Under the pieces are notes generated by a model. The model made no database searches. It saw only the letters and a list, made by a program, of their open reading frames with translations, and had not been told where the DNA came from. A program made the position numbers and the translations under genes. A stretch of 64,000 nucleotides of DNA from Gammaproteobacteria bacterium (GTDB taxonomy: Bacteria > Pseudomonadota > Gammaproteobacteria > UBA4575): the NCBI GenBank assembly GCA_965221955.1, contig CBDCTA010000002.1, positions 1-64,000 of the forward strand, in the 5' to 3' direction. This document shows, in pieces, positions 30,839 to 41,798 of this stretch (positions are counted from its first letter, which is position 1; the number at the start of each line of letters is the position of its first letter).

Positions 30839-32491
30839 ATGCAAGCTACCATAGAGGAAACTCAAGCACGTAATTCATTTGACTTAGGTCATTTTTTGCG
30901 CCAATTATTTTCGCATTTAGGATTGATATTAAGTCTAGCAGCTGTATTGGCCTTAGGTGTTGGCGTGACATTATGGTCTATCAAACCAGAATATACACCT
31001 GTGTATTCAAATTTAACTCAATCGGATGTGAGTATGGTGGCGGATGTTCTGCGCAGTTCTAATATTCCATTTCGAATAGATTCATCGTCGGGGATGATTC
31101 TTGTCGCGAACGATAAAATCGGTGAAGCAAAAATATTACTTGCAGCAGAAGGCTTACCACAATCCCATGGTACAGGTTATGAGCTACTCAATGACAAACC
31201 TGCTTTGGGTACTAGTCAATTTATGGAAACTGCACGTTACCAGCACGCATTAGAGACTGAATTAAGCCGCACGATTGCTGGTATGAGAAATATCGAAAAT
31301 TCTAGAGTGCATATTGCGACACCTAAACAATCTGTATTTGTTAGAAATCGTGGTCTTACTTCAGCATCGGTAATGATTAAATTAATGCCAGGAAGAGTGT
31401 TAGAAGCTGGGCAAGCAGCTTCGATAACACATCTAGTTGCTTCGAGTGTTCCTTATTTAGATGCATCGAGCGTGACAATAGTAGATCAATGGGGGCAATT
31501 ACTGAGTTCTACCGGTGAAGATGATGTTGTAGCACAGTCAAATAAGCAATTGGCATATCAAAAGTCAGTTGAACAAACGTATGCAAATCGTATTGAAGAT
31601 TTGCTTTCACCTATTTATGGGCGCAATAAAATTAAAGCACAAGTACATGCGGATATAGAATTTTCTAAAAGTGAGAGTGCTGAAGAATTATATGACCCTG
31701 GCGATAGTCAAGTGCGCAGCGAGCAGATTTCTGATCAACGTAATCAAGGTAGTGCAACTGCAGCATTGGGTATACCTGGTGCCTTAAGTAATCAACCTCC
31801 AGAAGGTGGCGCCTTGCAACAAGAAGGTGGCGAAGATGAAGAAGGTGCTTCTGCAAACACGACACCAATATCTACTTCACAGAATACAACTAGAAACTAT
31901 GAATTAGATAAAACTATGCGTTATACGCAAGAAGCTAAAAGTTTGATTAATAGAATATCTGTAGCGATTGTCGTTGATGATAAAGATGTTATTAACGAAG
32001 CAGGAGAAGCTGTAAAAGCTCCACTTGAAGAAAAAGACTTAGAGTTAATTCGCGGCATTGTGCAAGGAGCAATAGGTTTTAACGAAGAACGCGGTGATAG
32101 TATTGCAATATACAACAGTAGTTTCCTTCCAGAAGAGATTTTGGAAGAACCTGAAGCTACACCTTTATGGAAACAACCTTGGCTAGTTGCAATTATAAAA
32201 CAAATCTTTGCAGGTATCTCAGTATTGATTATTTTGTTTATGTTCGTACGTCCAGCTATGAAAACTTTAATGGGTAAGCACACTCAAGTACCAGCTGCTG
32301 ATAATGAAAATATTGACTCACAATCTATGTTACGAGGGGGTTCTAAACAGATGGCATTAGCTGCACCAGGGGCTGCTGGAAGTTATCCAAATTATGTACA
32401 ACAGCTGGCAATGGCAAAAGAACTTGTTGCGCAAGACCCTAAACAAGTGGCAAAAATTGTAAAAAGTTGGGTAGCTCCAGGCGATGAGTGA
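30839..32491 (+). CDS. fliF: MS-ring protein FliF
   Basis: 'ETELSRTI', 'GIPGALSNQPP', 'TRNYELD'. Confidence 0.95.
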   Translation: MQATIEETQARNSFDLGHFLRQLFSHLGLILSLAAVLALGVGVTLWSIKPEYTPVYSNLTQSDVSMVADVLRSSNIPFRIDSSSGMILVANDKIGEAKILLAAEGLPQSHGTGYELLNDKPALGTSQFMETARYQHALETELSRTIAGMRNIENSRVHIATPKQSVFVRNRGLTSASVMIKLMPGRVLEAGQAASITHLVASSVPYLDASSVTIVDQWGQLLSSTGEDDVVAQSNKQLAYQKSVEQTYANRIEDLLSPIYGRNKIKAQVHADIEFSKSESAEELYDPGDSQVRSEQISDQRNQGSATAALGIPGALSNQPPEGGALQQEGGEDEEGASANTTPISTSQNTTRNYELDKTMRYTQEAKSLINRISVAIVVDDKDVINEAGEAVKAPLEEKDLELIRGIVQGAIGFNEERGDSIAIYNSSFLPEEILEEPEATPLWKQPWLVAIIKQIFAGISVLIILFMFVRPAMKTLMGKHTQVPAADNENIDSQSMLRGGSKQMALAAPGAAGSYPNYVQQLAMAKELVAQDPKQVAKIVKSWVAPGDE

Positions 32492-33506
32492 AGAAACATC
32501 ACAAGAAGGTGTAAGTTCACTAGATGGTGCGCAACGGGCAGCTATTCTTATGATGGTGCTCGGTGAGTCAGAAGCTTCTAAAGTTCTTAAGTTTATGGAC
32601 CCTGAGGAGTTAGAGCTTATCGGTTCAGCGATTAGTGCACTAAAAGATGTGACTCAGCATCATATTTATGATGTTTTAAACAATTTTGGTGAAGTTAATA
32701 ATAAACATACACCTTTAGATATTGGTGCGCAGGATTATTTAAAGAAAATACTATTTCAAGCAATAGGACCACAGAAAGCAAACAGTATCATGTCAAGAAT
32801 CGAGCTAGGCCCTAATGCTAGTGGGCTCGAAGCATTGAAATGGATTGAGCCTTCAGAAATTGCAGATGCAATTAAAGACGAACATCCACAGTTGATTGCT
32901 ATATTACTCGTACATTTAAAAGATGAACAAGCGGGTAAAATATTAGAGCTTTTGGGCGAAGAAAAAAAAGCAAATGTGATAATGAGGATTGCTAAGTTGG
33001 GAGATATAAACTCATCAGCTTTGAAAGAACTTGAATTGCTGATTGAGAGCAGGTTCTCTCAAGAAACAGATAGCAAGATTAAAAACCTTGGAGGTATTAA
33101 AGCTGCAGCTGATATTTTAAATAATGTTGATAAAGACAATGAAAATAGCATAGTTGAAACCCTTACAGAAATAGATAAGGAGTTGTGCGAGGCTATTAAA
33201 GGAAAAATGTTTGTCTTTGACAATTTACTTAGTGTTGACGATCGAGGCATGCAAACAATATTAAGAGAATCCCCTCAGGATAAGTTGGTGGTTGCGCTTA
33301 AAGGTGCAAGTACAGATATCGCTAATAAAATATTTAAAAATATGTCTAAACGTGCAGCTGAATTACTTAAAGATGATCTTGAAACCGCTGGACCTGTGCG
33401 TTTAGCTGAAGTGGAAGAAGCACAGAAAGAGATCTTAGATGTTGCGCTTAGGCTTGCAGAAGACGGAACTATTATGTTGGGTGGCAAAGGTGACGATTTC
33501 CTTTAG
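32484..33506 (+). CDS. fliG: Motor switch protein FliG
   Basis: 'EHPQLIA', 'MFVFDNL', 'GPVRLAEVEEAQ'. Confidence 0.95.
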   Translation: MSEETSQEGVSSLDGAQRAAILMMVLGESEASKVLKFMDPEELELIGSAISALKDVTQHHIYDVLNNFGEVNNKHTPLDIGAQDYLKKILFQAIGPQKANSIMSRIELGPNASGLEALKWIEPSEIADAIKDEHPQLIAILLVHLKDEQAGKILELLGEEKKANVIMRIAKLGDINSSALKELELLIESRFSQETDSKIKNLGGIKAAADILNNVDKDNENSIVETLTEIDKELCEAIKGKMFVFDNLLSVDDRGMQTILRESPQDKLVVALKGASTDIANKIFKNMSKRAAELLKDDLETAGPVRLAEVEEAQKEILDVALRLAEDGTIMLGGKGDDFL

Positions 33507-33522
33507 ACTTTAAGTTCTCTTT

Positions 33523-34125
33523 ATGGATAAGCAAGATAATTGGCAAAGAGCATCATTAGGCTCATTTGAAACAAATAAACAAGGCCCATATTTAGACCGG
33601 GATTTGTCAGTTTCTGGAACAAAAAAATCATATGATGAAGAACTAAAAAATGGTTATAAGGATGGGCTGAAACAAGCACAGCAAACTTTAAATGAATATC
33701 AGCAAACCTTTGGAGTTCTTTTTTCTAGTTTTGATGATGCGTTGAAAGTAGTTGATGAAGATGTAATTCAGGGCATCACTCAGCTTGCTATTTCTATTTC
33801 TAAACAAATTATTAGAAGAGAGATACAAATTAACTCGGAGCAAGTGGTTTCTGTAGTGCGAGAGGCGATTAAATTACTGCCACTTGAAAAAGGTCGCCTA
33901 ACTATCCATTTAAACCCTAACGACATAAATATAGTACAAAAAGTATTTAATCAAGATGATACTGAGCATAGTTATTCTCTTGTTGAGGACCCTTCTATTC
34001 AACGAGGGGGTTGCAAGCTATCCACTGATGACTCAATCATCGATGCCAGCATTGATTCACAAGTAGCTCAGATTGCTGCAAACATATTAGGTAGTCAACG
34101 TACTACGGATCGTGCTGATGACTAA
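33523..34125 (+). CDS. fliH: Export protein FliH
   Basis: 'IHLNPND', 'RGGCKLST', position between fliG and fliI. Confidence 0.9.
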   Translation: MDKQDNWQRASLGSFETNKQGPYLDRDLSVSGTKKSYDEELKNGYKDGLKQAQQTLNEYQQTFGVLFSSFDDALKVVDEDVIQGITQLAISISKQIIRREIQINSEQVVSVVREAIKLLPLEKGRLTIHLNPNDINIVQKVFNQDDTEHSYSLVEDPSIQRGGCKLSTDDSIIDASIDSQVAQIAANILGSQRTTDRADD

Positions 34126-35488
34126 GTTAGCTAACTCATTGCCTTATCTTTCACAACGAAAACAGCATTGGCTTGATGCTATTAATCGTTGTGAACAATC
34201 TCTATCGCCCTACATTTATACTGTAGAAGGCAGATTAACGCGTTTGGTGGGTTTAACGATTGAAGCACAAGGTTGCCAGGTAAATATTGGAGGTAGATGT
34301 TTAATTGTGTCTCCAAATGATCAAACGATGGAAGCTGAAGTGGTTGGGTTTTCGGGTACAAAAAGTTACTTGATGCCTATTGGAAATATGCAAGGGGCTG
34401 TTCCGGGTGCGCGTGTCATACCAAGTAAAGATAACCACAAACTACCCGTTGGTGAAGAGTTGTTAGGACGTGTGATTGATGGTTCCGGTCAGCCATTAGA
34501 TAAAGGAGAGCCAATTCAAACTCAAGAGCATCGTGACCTAGAAGGTAAAAACATTAATCCATTTGAACGTAAGCCCATTCAAACTCCTCTTGATGTGGGT
34601 GTGAAAGCCATTAATGCTTTGTTGAGTATAGGTACTGGGCAACGAATGGGATTATTTGCGGGTAGTGGTGTGGGAAAAAGTATTTTATTAGGCATGATGA
34701 CTAAATTTACTGCTGCAGATGTCATTGTAGTGGGTTTAATTGGTGAGCGCGGTAGAGAAGTAAAAGAATTTATTGATCAGATTTTAGGTAAACAAGGTTT
34801 AACAAAAACCGTTGTCGTTGCAGCCCCTGCTGATTGTTCTCCATTGCAAAGAGTACATGCTGCAAAATATTCCACCACGATAGCTGAATATTTTCGTGAT
34901 CAAGGTCAACAGGTATTGCTATTAATGGATTCACTTACAAGGGTGGCACAATCCTATCGAGAAATTGCGCTTGCAATTGGTGAGCCACCTGCAACAAAAG
35001 GTTATCCGCCTTCTGTGTTTACTAAAATTCCAGCTTTAGTAGAGCGTGCAGGTAATTCAAGTATCTTAGGTGGTTCGATCACTGCATTTTACACTGTGTT
35101 AGTAGAAGGTGATGACCATAACGATCCTATCGCAGACGCTTCAAGAGCAATTTTGGATGGGCACATTACCTTGTCAAGAACTTTGGCTGAAGTAGGACAC
35201 TTCCCGGCTATAGATGTTGAAGCTTCTGTAAGTAGACTTTTTCATACAGTAAATGATGAGAGACAAGTAAAACTAGCTCAACAGTTTAGAGAACTTTATG
35301 GGCGTTATAAAAAACATGAAGATATGATTAACTTAGGTGTATATCAGTTAGGTACAGATGAAAGTATTGATCAAGCCATTGAATATTACCCTAAGTTAAT
35401 GAATTTCCTTAAACAAAATATGAAAGAACCATTCGATTATGCATCTTCCTTACAGGAAATGAGTCATTCCTTAGAACCAAATGCGTAA
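34112..35488 (+). CDS. fliI: Export ATPase FliI
   Basis: 'FAGSGVGKS', 'GERGREV', 'LLLMDSLTR'. Confidence 0.95.
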   Translation: MLMTKLANSLPYLSQRKQHWLDAINRCEQSLSPYIYTVEGRLTRLVGLTIEAQGCQVNIGGRCLIVSPNDQTMEAEVVGFSGTKSYLMPIGNMQGAVPGARVIPSKDNHKLPVGEELLGRVIDGSGQPLDKGEPIQTQEHRDLEGKNINPFERKPIQTPLDVGVKAINALLSIGTGQRMGLFAGSGVGKSILLGMMTKFTAADVIVVGLIGERGREVKEFIDQILGKQGLTKTVVVAAPADCSPLQRVHAAKYSTTIAEYFRDQGQQVLLLMDSLTRVAQSYREIALAIGEPPATKGYPPSVFTKIPALVERAGNSSILGGSITAFYTVLVEGDDHNDPIADASRAILDGHITLSRTLAEVGHFPAIDVEASVSRLFHTVNDERQVKLAQQFRELYGRYKKHEDMINLGVYQLGTDESIDQAIEYYPKLMNFLKQNMKEPFDYASSLQEMSHSLEPNA

Positions 35489-35503
35489 TTAGATTAATAA
35501 TTA

Positions 35504-35947
35504 TTGCTCGTGACACGCTCAAAGAAATTAAATGCGGCATTGGAAATTTTAGACTTCAAGCTAAATAAGCAATTTTCATCTTTAATTGAGCTTATGCAAC
35601 ATAAGATCGAAAATGATCAAAAATTACAAGATTTACTAAATTATCAAGCGAACTATTTATCTACAAATAAAAATAAATCGAATCAAACCATTACAAGCAT
35701 ACAATTACATCATAGTTTAATGAATAGACTGGAAGAGGCTATCAATATCCAGCAGAAGGTAGTCCATGATTTAGAGTATAAAGTGAATCAAAAAATTCTT
35801 ATGCTGCAAAAAGATCGTGCACAAAATAATGCTTTAGGCATGCTAGTGAAACGTTACCATCAACAAGAGCTAGAAATTAACCAGCGTGATGAACAAAAAG
35901 AAATGGACAGCCAAATTCTTGCAATGCTGCAAAGTGATACCTCATGA
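35504..35947 (+). CDS. fliJ: Export protein FliJ
   Basis: Coiled coil, 'EQKEMD', position after fliI. Confidence 0.8.
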   Translation: MLVTRSKKLNAALEILDFKLNKQFSSLIELMQHKIENDQKLQDLLNYQANYLSTNKNKSNQTITSIQLHHSLMNRLEEAINIQQKVVHDLEYKVNQKILMLQKDRAQNNALGMLVKRYHQQELEINQRDEQKEMDSQILAMLQSDTS

Positions 35948-35969
35948 AATCAACATAACTGCTTAAAAC

Positions 35970-35985
35970 TGGCCTAAATAATGCA
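35970..35985 (+). promoter_or_regulatory. sigma54 promoter of fliK
   Basis: TGGCCTAAATAATGCA. Confidence 0.6.
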
Positions 35986-36013
35986 TTATCTAATACAAAG
36001 GAAATGATTAGAT

Positions 36014-37416
36014 ATGGCAGAAACAGAGGCATTGCAGAGTAGTAATATACTTCTTACACCGAATTCCTGTGCAAACTGTCTTGATACGCAAACAGTTGGC
36101 CAAAATCAGAGTGTAAACGGTAACTTTAGTAACTATTTACATGGGCATTTAAACAAAGTTTAAACTCCGGTGACGGAAAAGTATTGCCTGTAGATGGCAA
36201 AAACTTGCCACAAACATTGCTGCAACCAGTATTAAAAAGCCTTAAAATAAAGCTGCCAGCTCTGATAAATGATATTCAAGTTTCTGATATCGAAGTAAAT
36301 AGCTTAACTGAACAGTTAGATGGGTCTATAGAAAGTGATATCGATGCTAATATAGTTGGTCTTCAAGTACTGTTGGATCAATTGGTTGAGACTGAACCCA
36401 CACTAGAGAAAGTATTAGGAAAAGATAACTTACTAAATGTATCTAAGCCGGTACAAGATGAAATTACACCTGAACTTAAAGATGCCAATGAGCTCGTTAG
36501 CAATCTCATTCGCGAACTGTCTAGTAATCCCGTTCCTATACAAGCTGCTCAAATAGATAATAGTTCCTTGGCAACTAATATATCGGAATATCAGCGAAGT
36601 TTAGTAAATGAAAAGCAGATAAATCATACAGAAATTCAACAACGTATAGTTGCTGATTTTGCGGTTGAATCGAAACAACCTGTAGTTGCACTTGCTACAC
36701 AAAAGCATGAAACAAGTGAAAATAAGTCTGCAAATTCATATGAGTTTACAAATAATATCTTGTCAGAAGAGAGTGCATTCAAGAATGTTGTTAAAAACCC
36801 AGCTATAGGTGCTGATATTTTCCAGCAAAATATAAATGCAATAAAGTCAGATCCAATCTCGCTGAACTTGAACACAAGCTCAGTTATTGATACCTACAAT
36901 AGTCATCATCCATCTGGATTGCAAAATAAAGTTATAGAGGCACCTATACCTTTGTTGATTAAACAAGGAGTAAGTGTTGAGCAAGTGCAACAGAATGTTG
37001 ATCAATCTATTTCACAGAATATTAAGTGGTTGATTGGAAATAATACTCAGAATGCAAAGATTAATATTTATCCAGAATCTTTAGGGCAGGTTAATATTGC
37101 GCTCAATCTTGAAGACACAAATCTGAAGATTAACTTTTTAGCAAGTAATAATGTTACAAAAGAGTTAATCGAAGCTAGCGTTTCTAGCTTGCGTAATCAT
37201 TTCAATGAGAGCGGTATAAATTTACAGGAAGTTAATGTTGAGACACGCTTTTCGAGTCAAACAAACCAAAATTCACAGTTTTCTGACTTGAATGATCAGA
37301 ATGAAAGAAAAATTAATTCGAATTCAAGCTACACTACGCAAGATGATGAAATAGTTTCATGGCATGAATCTACTCGTATTTCTACACCACGATATTTGCT
37401 TGATGCTTATGCTTGA
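36014..37416 (+). CDS. fliK: Hook-length control protein FliK, apparent -1 frameshift near 36143-36145
   Basis: C-terminal FliK domain 'AKINIYPESLGQVNI...LRNHFNESGINL...LDAYA'. The upstream ATG 36014 frame joins it if one G is added to GGG at 36143-36145. Confidence 0.85.
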
Positions 37417-37472
37417 ATAGATGTTTTAAAGAACAAATCTTTGACGCTGTTCAAATAGCTTTAAATCTTTAA

Positions 37473-37486
37473 GTCAATTTATTGGC
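37473..37486. promoter_or_regulatory. FleQ-box-like site upstream of fliL
   Basis: GTCAATTTATTGGC. Confidence 0.5.
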
Positions 37487-37548
37487 TGTCAAAAAATAAA
37501 CCTAAGCTAACTTCCTGATATTTATAGACTTAAATGCTTATAAAAAGT

Positions 37549-37564
37549 TGGCACGCTGGTTGCT
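37549..37564 (+). promoter_or_regulatory. sigma54 promoter of the fliL operon
   Basis: TGGCACGCTGGTTGCT. Confidence 0.85.
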
Positions 37565-37608
37565 ATCTATTATTTGTAAGTAAAAAAGTCTGACAAGAAG
37601 GTTTGTAT

Positions 37609-38070
37609 ATGAAAAAAATGATTATTTTTGGCGGCCTTGGTGTGGTTCTGATAGGAGCTGGCATAGGGGGTGCGATGTTTTTTCTAAAATCTCCTGAGCC
37701 ACCTGAAGGCGAAGTAGAAATGGCAGAAGAAGAGATGATGTCAGCTGCTAAAGAAGCTATTTATGAAAACATACATCCCGCTTTTACAGTTAATTTTAAT
37801 GAAGATTCAAAGAAGAAATTTATGCAGGTCTACATGGTTGCAAAGTTTTATGACATGGAAGCAAGAGATCAGTTCAAGATGCATATGCCAGTTGTGCGTA
37901 ATAATTTACTTTTGCTCATGTCTGGAAAGACGAGTGAAGAATTGTCAACGGTAGAAGCAAAAGAGCAGTTACGTAAAGACGCACTTATGTCAGCTCAGTC
38001 CGTAATGCAAGAAATTTATGGTGAGAATTTAGTAGAAGATATCTATTTTACTAAACTTGTAATGCAATAA
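37609..38070 (+). CDS. fliL: FliL
   Basis: N-terminal TM, 'FTVNF', 'HMPVVRN', 'YFTKLVMQ'. Confidence 0.92.
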   Translation: MKKMIIFGGLGVVLIGAGIGGAMFFLKSPEPPEGEVEMAEEEMMSAAKEAIYENIHPAFTVNFNEDSKKKFMQVYMVAKFYDMEARDQFKMHMPVVRNNLLLLMSGKTSEELSTVEAKEQLRKDALMSAQSVMQEIYGENLVEDIYFTKLVMQ

Positions 38071-38095
38071 CCATTAGTTCCGAAGAGATTACGTC

Positions 38096-39148
38096 ATGAG
38101 CATGTCTGAACCTGAAGAGAATCAAGAACAAGAAGCGGGTCAAGAGCCTCAGGAAAGTATCGAGGCTGAATCAAAAGAGAGTACTGATGAAAATGAAGAT
38201 GGAGAAGTACTGAGTGAAGAGGAGCTAGAAGCCTTATCTGGTGATGTTGAGGAACTCACTGATGAAGCAGGTGTAATGACGTATGACTTTTATTCACCAG
38301 CTCATATAAACAAATCCAGTCTTCCTGCTTTAGTAATCATAAATGAAAAAATCATTGAATCCATGAATGAAGGATTGATAAATCTATTACAGCGAGAAAT
38401 TGAGGTTACGGTAAATGATATTGAAATAAGTCGGTATGGCGATTTTATCCATTCGCTACCAACTTTAGTTGACACAAGCATTATTAATGTAAGCAAGATC
38501 GATACACAGGCAATGGTTTGTATAGATAGCGCATTAATCGAAATTATTATGGATTCATATTTTGGTGGAGAAGGAAAATTAAGTGAAGCAAGTGAAAAGC
38601 AAGTTTTTACGAGTACAGAATTAAATTTAAGTAACAAAATATTAGAAATGTTTCTTAAATCAAATAAAGATGCATGGGAAAAAACAGAACCATTAGAATT
38701 TCAATTTGCACAACGCGAGTTACAACCAAAGTTAATTAATCTGATAGCAGAAACAGATTTAGTGGTTATTAGTCAGTTTGCAGTTTCATTAAATGAGGAA
38801 GCTAGCTATATAAGAATGATTTATCCCTATAAATCGCTAGAGCCAATAAAACAAAGCTTAAGAAATATGGTTCCAGAAAAAGGTAGTGAAACAGATGTGC
38901 ATTGGAAGAGAGAGTTTTTTAATAGTGTTAAAGCTGCGCCTATAGAACTAAATACTGTACTTAGTGAGTTTAATCTTACTGTTGATGAAGTAGTTAGGCT
39001 AAAAGCAGGGGATGTGATTCCTTTTCCAATGCCGGATTCAGTAACAGTGTATTCAAACGTTACTCCGGTTTTCACTGGAAAAATTGGTTCAGTGAATGAT
39101 GCGGTTGCTGTGAGTATTGATTCATGGATACGAAATAATAAGCGTTAA
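38096..39148 (+). CDS. fliM: Motor switch protein FliM with acidic N-terminal extension
   Basis: 'LSEEELEAL', 'YDF', 'FGGEG', C-terminal SpoA domain. Confidence 0.9.
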   Translation: MSMSEPEENQEQEAGQEPQESIEAESKESTDENEDGEVLSEEELEALSGDVEELTDEAGVMTYDFYSPAHINKSSLPALVIINEKIIESMNEGLINLLQREIEVTVNDIEISRYGDFIHSLPTLVDTSIINVSKIDTQAMVCIDSALIEIIMDSYFGGEGKLSEASEKQVFTSTELNLSNKILEMFLKSNKDAWEKTEPLEFQFAQRELQPKLINLIAETDLVVISQFAVSLNEEASYIRMIYPYKSLEPIKQSLRNMVPEKGSETDVHWKREFFNSVKAAPIELNTVLSEFNLTVDEVVRLKAGDVIPFPMPDSVTVYSNVTPVFTGKIGSVNDAVAVSIDSWIRNNKR

Positions 39149-39165
39149 ATTTATTAGGAAATAAT

Positions 39166-39519
39166 ATGAGTGAAGAACAAGTCAATGATCAAGTGAGTGT
39201 TGCTCAAGAAGGTAAAAGTCAAACCGAAGATGCTTCTGTTAATGCATTACCAGATATGAATAATTTAGATGTTGTGCTAAATATTCCAGTCGATGTTTCA
39301 CTTGAGCTTGGAAGAGCAACAGTAGATTTAGAAAATTTAATAGAATTAAGTCAAGGCTCAGTAATTGAATTAAATCGGTTAGTGGATGAGCCGGTAGATG
39401 TTTTAGTAAATGGAAAGCTCGTTGCAAAAGCAGAAGTAGTCGTGGTGGATAATAAATTTGGCGCACGAGTTACGAGTATTGTTAGTCCAGAGAAGCGTGT
39501 CGAAAAACTCAAGAATTAA
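39166..39519 (+). CDS. fliN: Motor switch protein FliN
   Basis: 'IPVDVSLELG', 'GSVIELNR', 'VNGKLVAKAEVVVV'. Confidence 0.95.
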   Translation: MSEEQVNDQVSVAQEGKSQTEDASVNALPDMNNLDVVLNIPVDVSLELGRATVDLENLIELSQGSVIELNRLVDEPVDVLVNGKLVAKAEVVVVDNKFGARVTSIVSPEKRVEKLKN

Positions 39520-39527
39520 TCTAACGA

Positions 39528-39986
39528 ATGAAAAACTTTCAAAGAATAGCAATACTTGGGTTACATCTTCTGTTATTGCTTTTCATCACAACAAACGTTC
39601 ACTGCCAAGAGCTTTATGGTAACCAATTATCTGGGAATCTAGGGAAGCCAGTAATAGATTATGGGCAGATTATATATGCTGCTGTATTTCTAATACTCAT
39701 GGTATTTGGCGCTTTGTTTTTGGTAAAAAAATCAAATTTTAATCATTCAAATAGCGCTGGATTTATAGATATTGTTTACAACCATGCAATTACATCAAAG
39801 GATAAATTATTAATAGTAAAAATTGGAGAGGAATATCTTTTGTTGGGTGTATCTGCAGCAGGGATAAATAAGTTGCACGAATTAGATAAAGAAACTATTC
39901 AAAAAATGATGTCTGAAAAAAATATAAAAACAAATGATTTTTCTAACATATTAGTCAACTTAATAAGTAAACATCGCAATGCTTAA
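39528..39986 (+). CDS. fliO: FliO
   Basis: TM + '[17 protein letters not shown]'. Confidence 0.85.
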   Translation: MKNFQRIAILGLHLLLLLFITTNVHCQELYGNQLSGNLGKPVIDYGQIIYAAVFLILMVFGALFLVKKSNFNHSNSAGFIDIVYNHAITSKDKLLIVKIGEEYLLLGVSAAGINKLHELDKETIQKMMSEKNIKTNDFSNILVNLISKHRNA

Positions 39987-40719
39987 GTTAATATTAATAG
40001 TAATGTTCTGGTTTATTGCACCCTGTGTGTTTGCCGAATCAGGGCTGCCAGCATTAACAATTGAGTCTACAGAGAGTGGAGGTCAAGCTTATTCCTTAAG
40101 CTTGCAGGTACTCGTATTGATGACGGTAATCACCCTATTGCCTGGCTTATTGCTTACTATGACTTCTTTTACACGCATTATCATTGTATTGGCAATATTG
40201 AGACAAGCACTTGGGACTGCGCAAACACCATCAAACCAAATTCTTCTTGGGCTTGCTTTGTTTATTACATTCTTTGTTATGACACCTGTGTTAACTGAAG
40301 TGTATAACGATTCACTAAAGCCATACATCTCTGAAAATATTGATGCAGAGACAGCTGTTGGAAATGCGATTAATCCAATAAAGCAATTCATGCTTGCACA
40401 AACACGCGAGACAGATATTGCTCTGTTTGTAGATTTATCTGGTGGAAATGTGATTGAAAAGCCAGAAGACATTTCTATGTCAGTGCTGCTTCCCGCATTT
40501 GTTACTAGTGAGTTAAAAACGGCATTTCAAATAGGATTTATTTTATTCATTCCGTTTTTAATAATCGATTTAGTTGTTGCAAGCGTATTAATGTCGATGG
40601 GAATGATGATGTTATCACCCTTGATTATTTCATTGCCTTTTAAATTAATGTTGTTTGTATTGGTTGATGGGTGGTCGCTTGTATTAGGGATGTTGGCATC
40701 TAGTTTTTATATTGCTTAA
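39979..40719 (+). CDS. fliP: Export gate FliP
   Basis: '[11 protein letters not shown]', '[11 protein letters not shown]', 'MGMMMLSP'. Confidence 0.96.
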   Translation: MLKLILIVMFWFIAPCVFAESGLPALTIESTESGGQAYSLSLQVLVLMTVITLLPGLLLTMTSFTRIIIVLAILRQALGTAQTPSNQILLGLALFITFFVMTPVLTEVYNDSLKPYISENIDAETAVGNAINPIKQFMLAQTRETDIALFVDLSGGNVIEKPEDISMSVLLPAFVTSELKTAFQIGFILFIPFLIIDLVVASVLMSMGMMMLSPLIISLPFKLMLFVLVDGWSLVLGMLASSFYIA

Positions 40720-40729
40720 AGGAAATTAC

Positions 40730-40999
40730 GTGACACCCGAAACAACATTAACACTATTAAATAATGCCTTATGGATAACGGTTATGGTTGCGGCACCAAT
40801 CTTATTAGCAGTATTAGCGATTGGTGTGTTAGTTGGAATGTTACAGGCAGCTACACAAATAAATGAAATGACTTTAAGTTTCATACCTAAATTAATTATT
40901 CTTTTTTTTACATTATTGCTAGCAGGTCCTTGGATGCTAAAGACGTTAGTCAATTACGCGACTAATTTAATAGCCGGCATACCTGATTTACTTATATAG
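40730..40999 (+). CDS. fliQ: Export gate FliQ
   Basis: 'QAATQINEMTLSFIPK'. Confidence 0.95.
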   Translation: MTPETTLTLLNNALWITVMVAAPILLAVLAIGVLVGMLQAATQINEMTLSFIPKLIILFFTLLLAGPWMLKTLVNYATNLIAGIPDLLI

Positions 41000-41020
41000 C
41001 TATGCAATAAAAATATTCTA

Positions 41021-41788
41021 ATGTTTTTTCAATTAAATGAAATTTTAACAAGTTTTGAGCAGTTCATACTGCCATTTTTTCGTGTTGCAGCATTATTTTC
41101 AGTTGCGCCTGTGTTGAGTAGTCCATTCTTACCATTAAAAATCAAGATAGCGATCGCATCAATTCTTACAATATTTATTGTCCCTCTTTTAGAGAAAACA
41201 CAAGCTGTAGAATTATTTTCATCCAGTGGATTCATACAAGTAGGCGTTCAGTTATTAATAGGTTTGTCGATGGGTTTTGTTTTGCGTTTGGTATTTTCTG
41301 CGTTGACTATTGCGGGCGAGAATATAGCAGTAACAATGGGTTTGGGTTTTGCGCAAATTACTGATCCAGTTAATGGTGTAACAGTACCTGTTATTAGCCA
41401 ATTTTTAATTATTACTGCAACTCTAATATTTTTAGCATTAGATGGCCATCTTGCACTTTTTAATATGTTGTTTGATAGCTTTACTTATATACCCGTTGCA
41501 TACAGTTTTGATTATCAAGCAGTAATATGGGATGTGTTAGCTTGGGGCGCTAATATGTTTTCGGGCGCATTAATGGTTGCTATTCCTGCGATCACTGCTT
41601 TGTTGATAGCTAACTCAGCATTAGCACTAATGACACGTGCTGCACCACAATTAAATGTATTTTCGGTTGGTTTCCCAATCACAATCATGCTTGGACTTGC
41701 AGTCATTGCCTTAACTTTGCCAAGTATAGTGGTGGTATTTCAGAATTTACTAAGTAATACATTTGAGCAAATGCCATTAGTGCGTTAG
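41021..41788 (+). CDS. fliR: Export gate FliR
   Basis: 'MGLGFA...DPVNG', 'RAAPQLNVFSVGFP'. Confidence 0.95.
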   Translation: MFFQLNEILTSFEQFILPFFRVAALFSVAPVLSSPFLPLKIKIAIASILTIFIVPLLEKTQAVELFSSSGFIQVGVQLLIGLSMGFVLRLVFSALTIAGENIAVTMGLGFAQITDPVNGVTVPVISQFLIITATLIFLALDGHLALFNMLFDSFTYIPVAYSFDYQAVIWDVLAWGANMFSGALMVAIPAITALLIANSALALMTRAAPQLNVFSVGFPITIMLGLAVIALTLPSIVVVFQNLLSNTFEQMPLVR

Positions 41789-41798
41789 AGATTTCACA

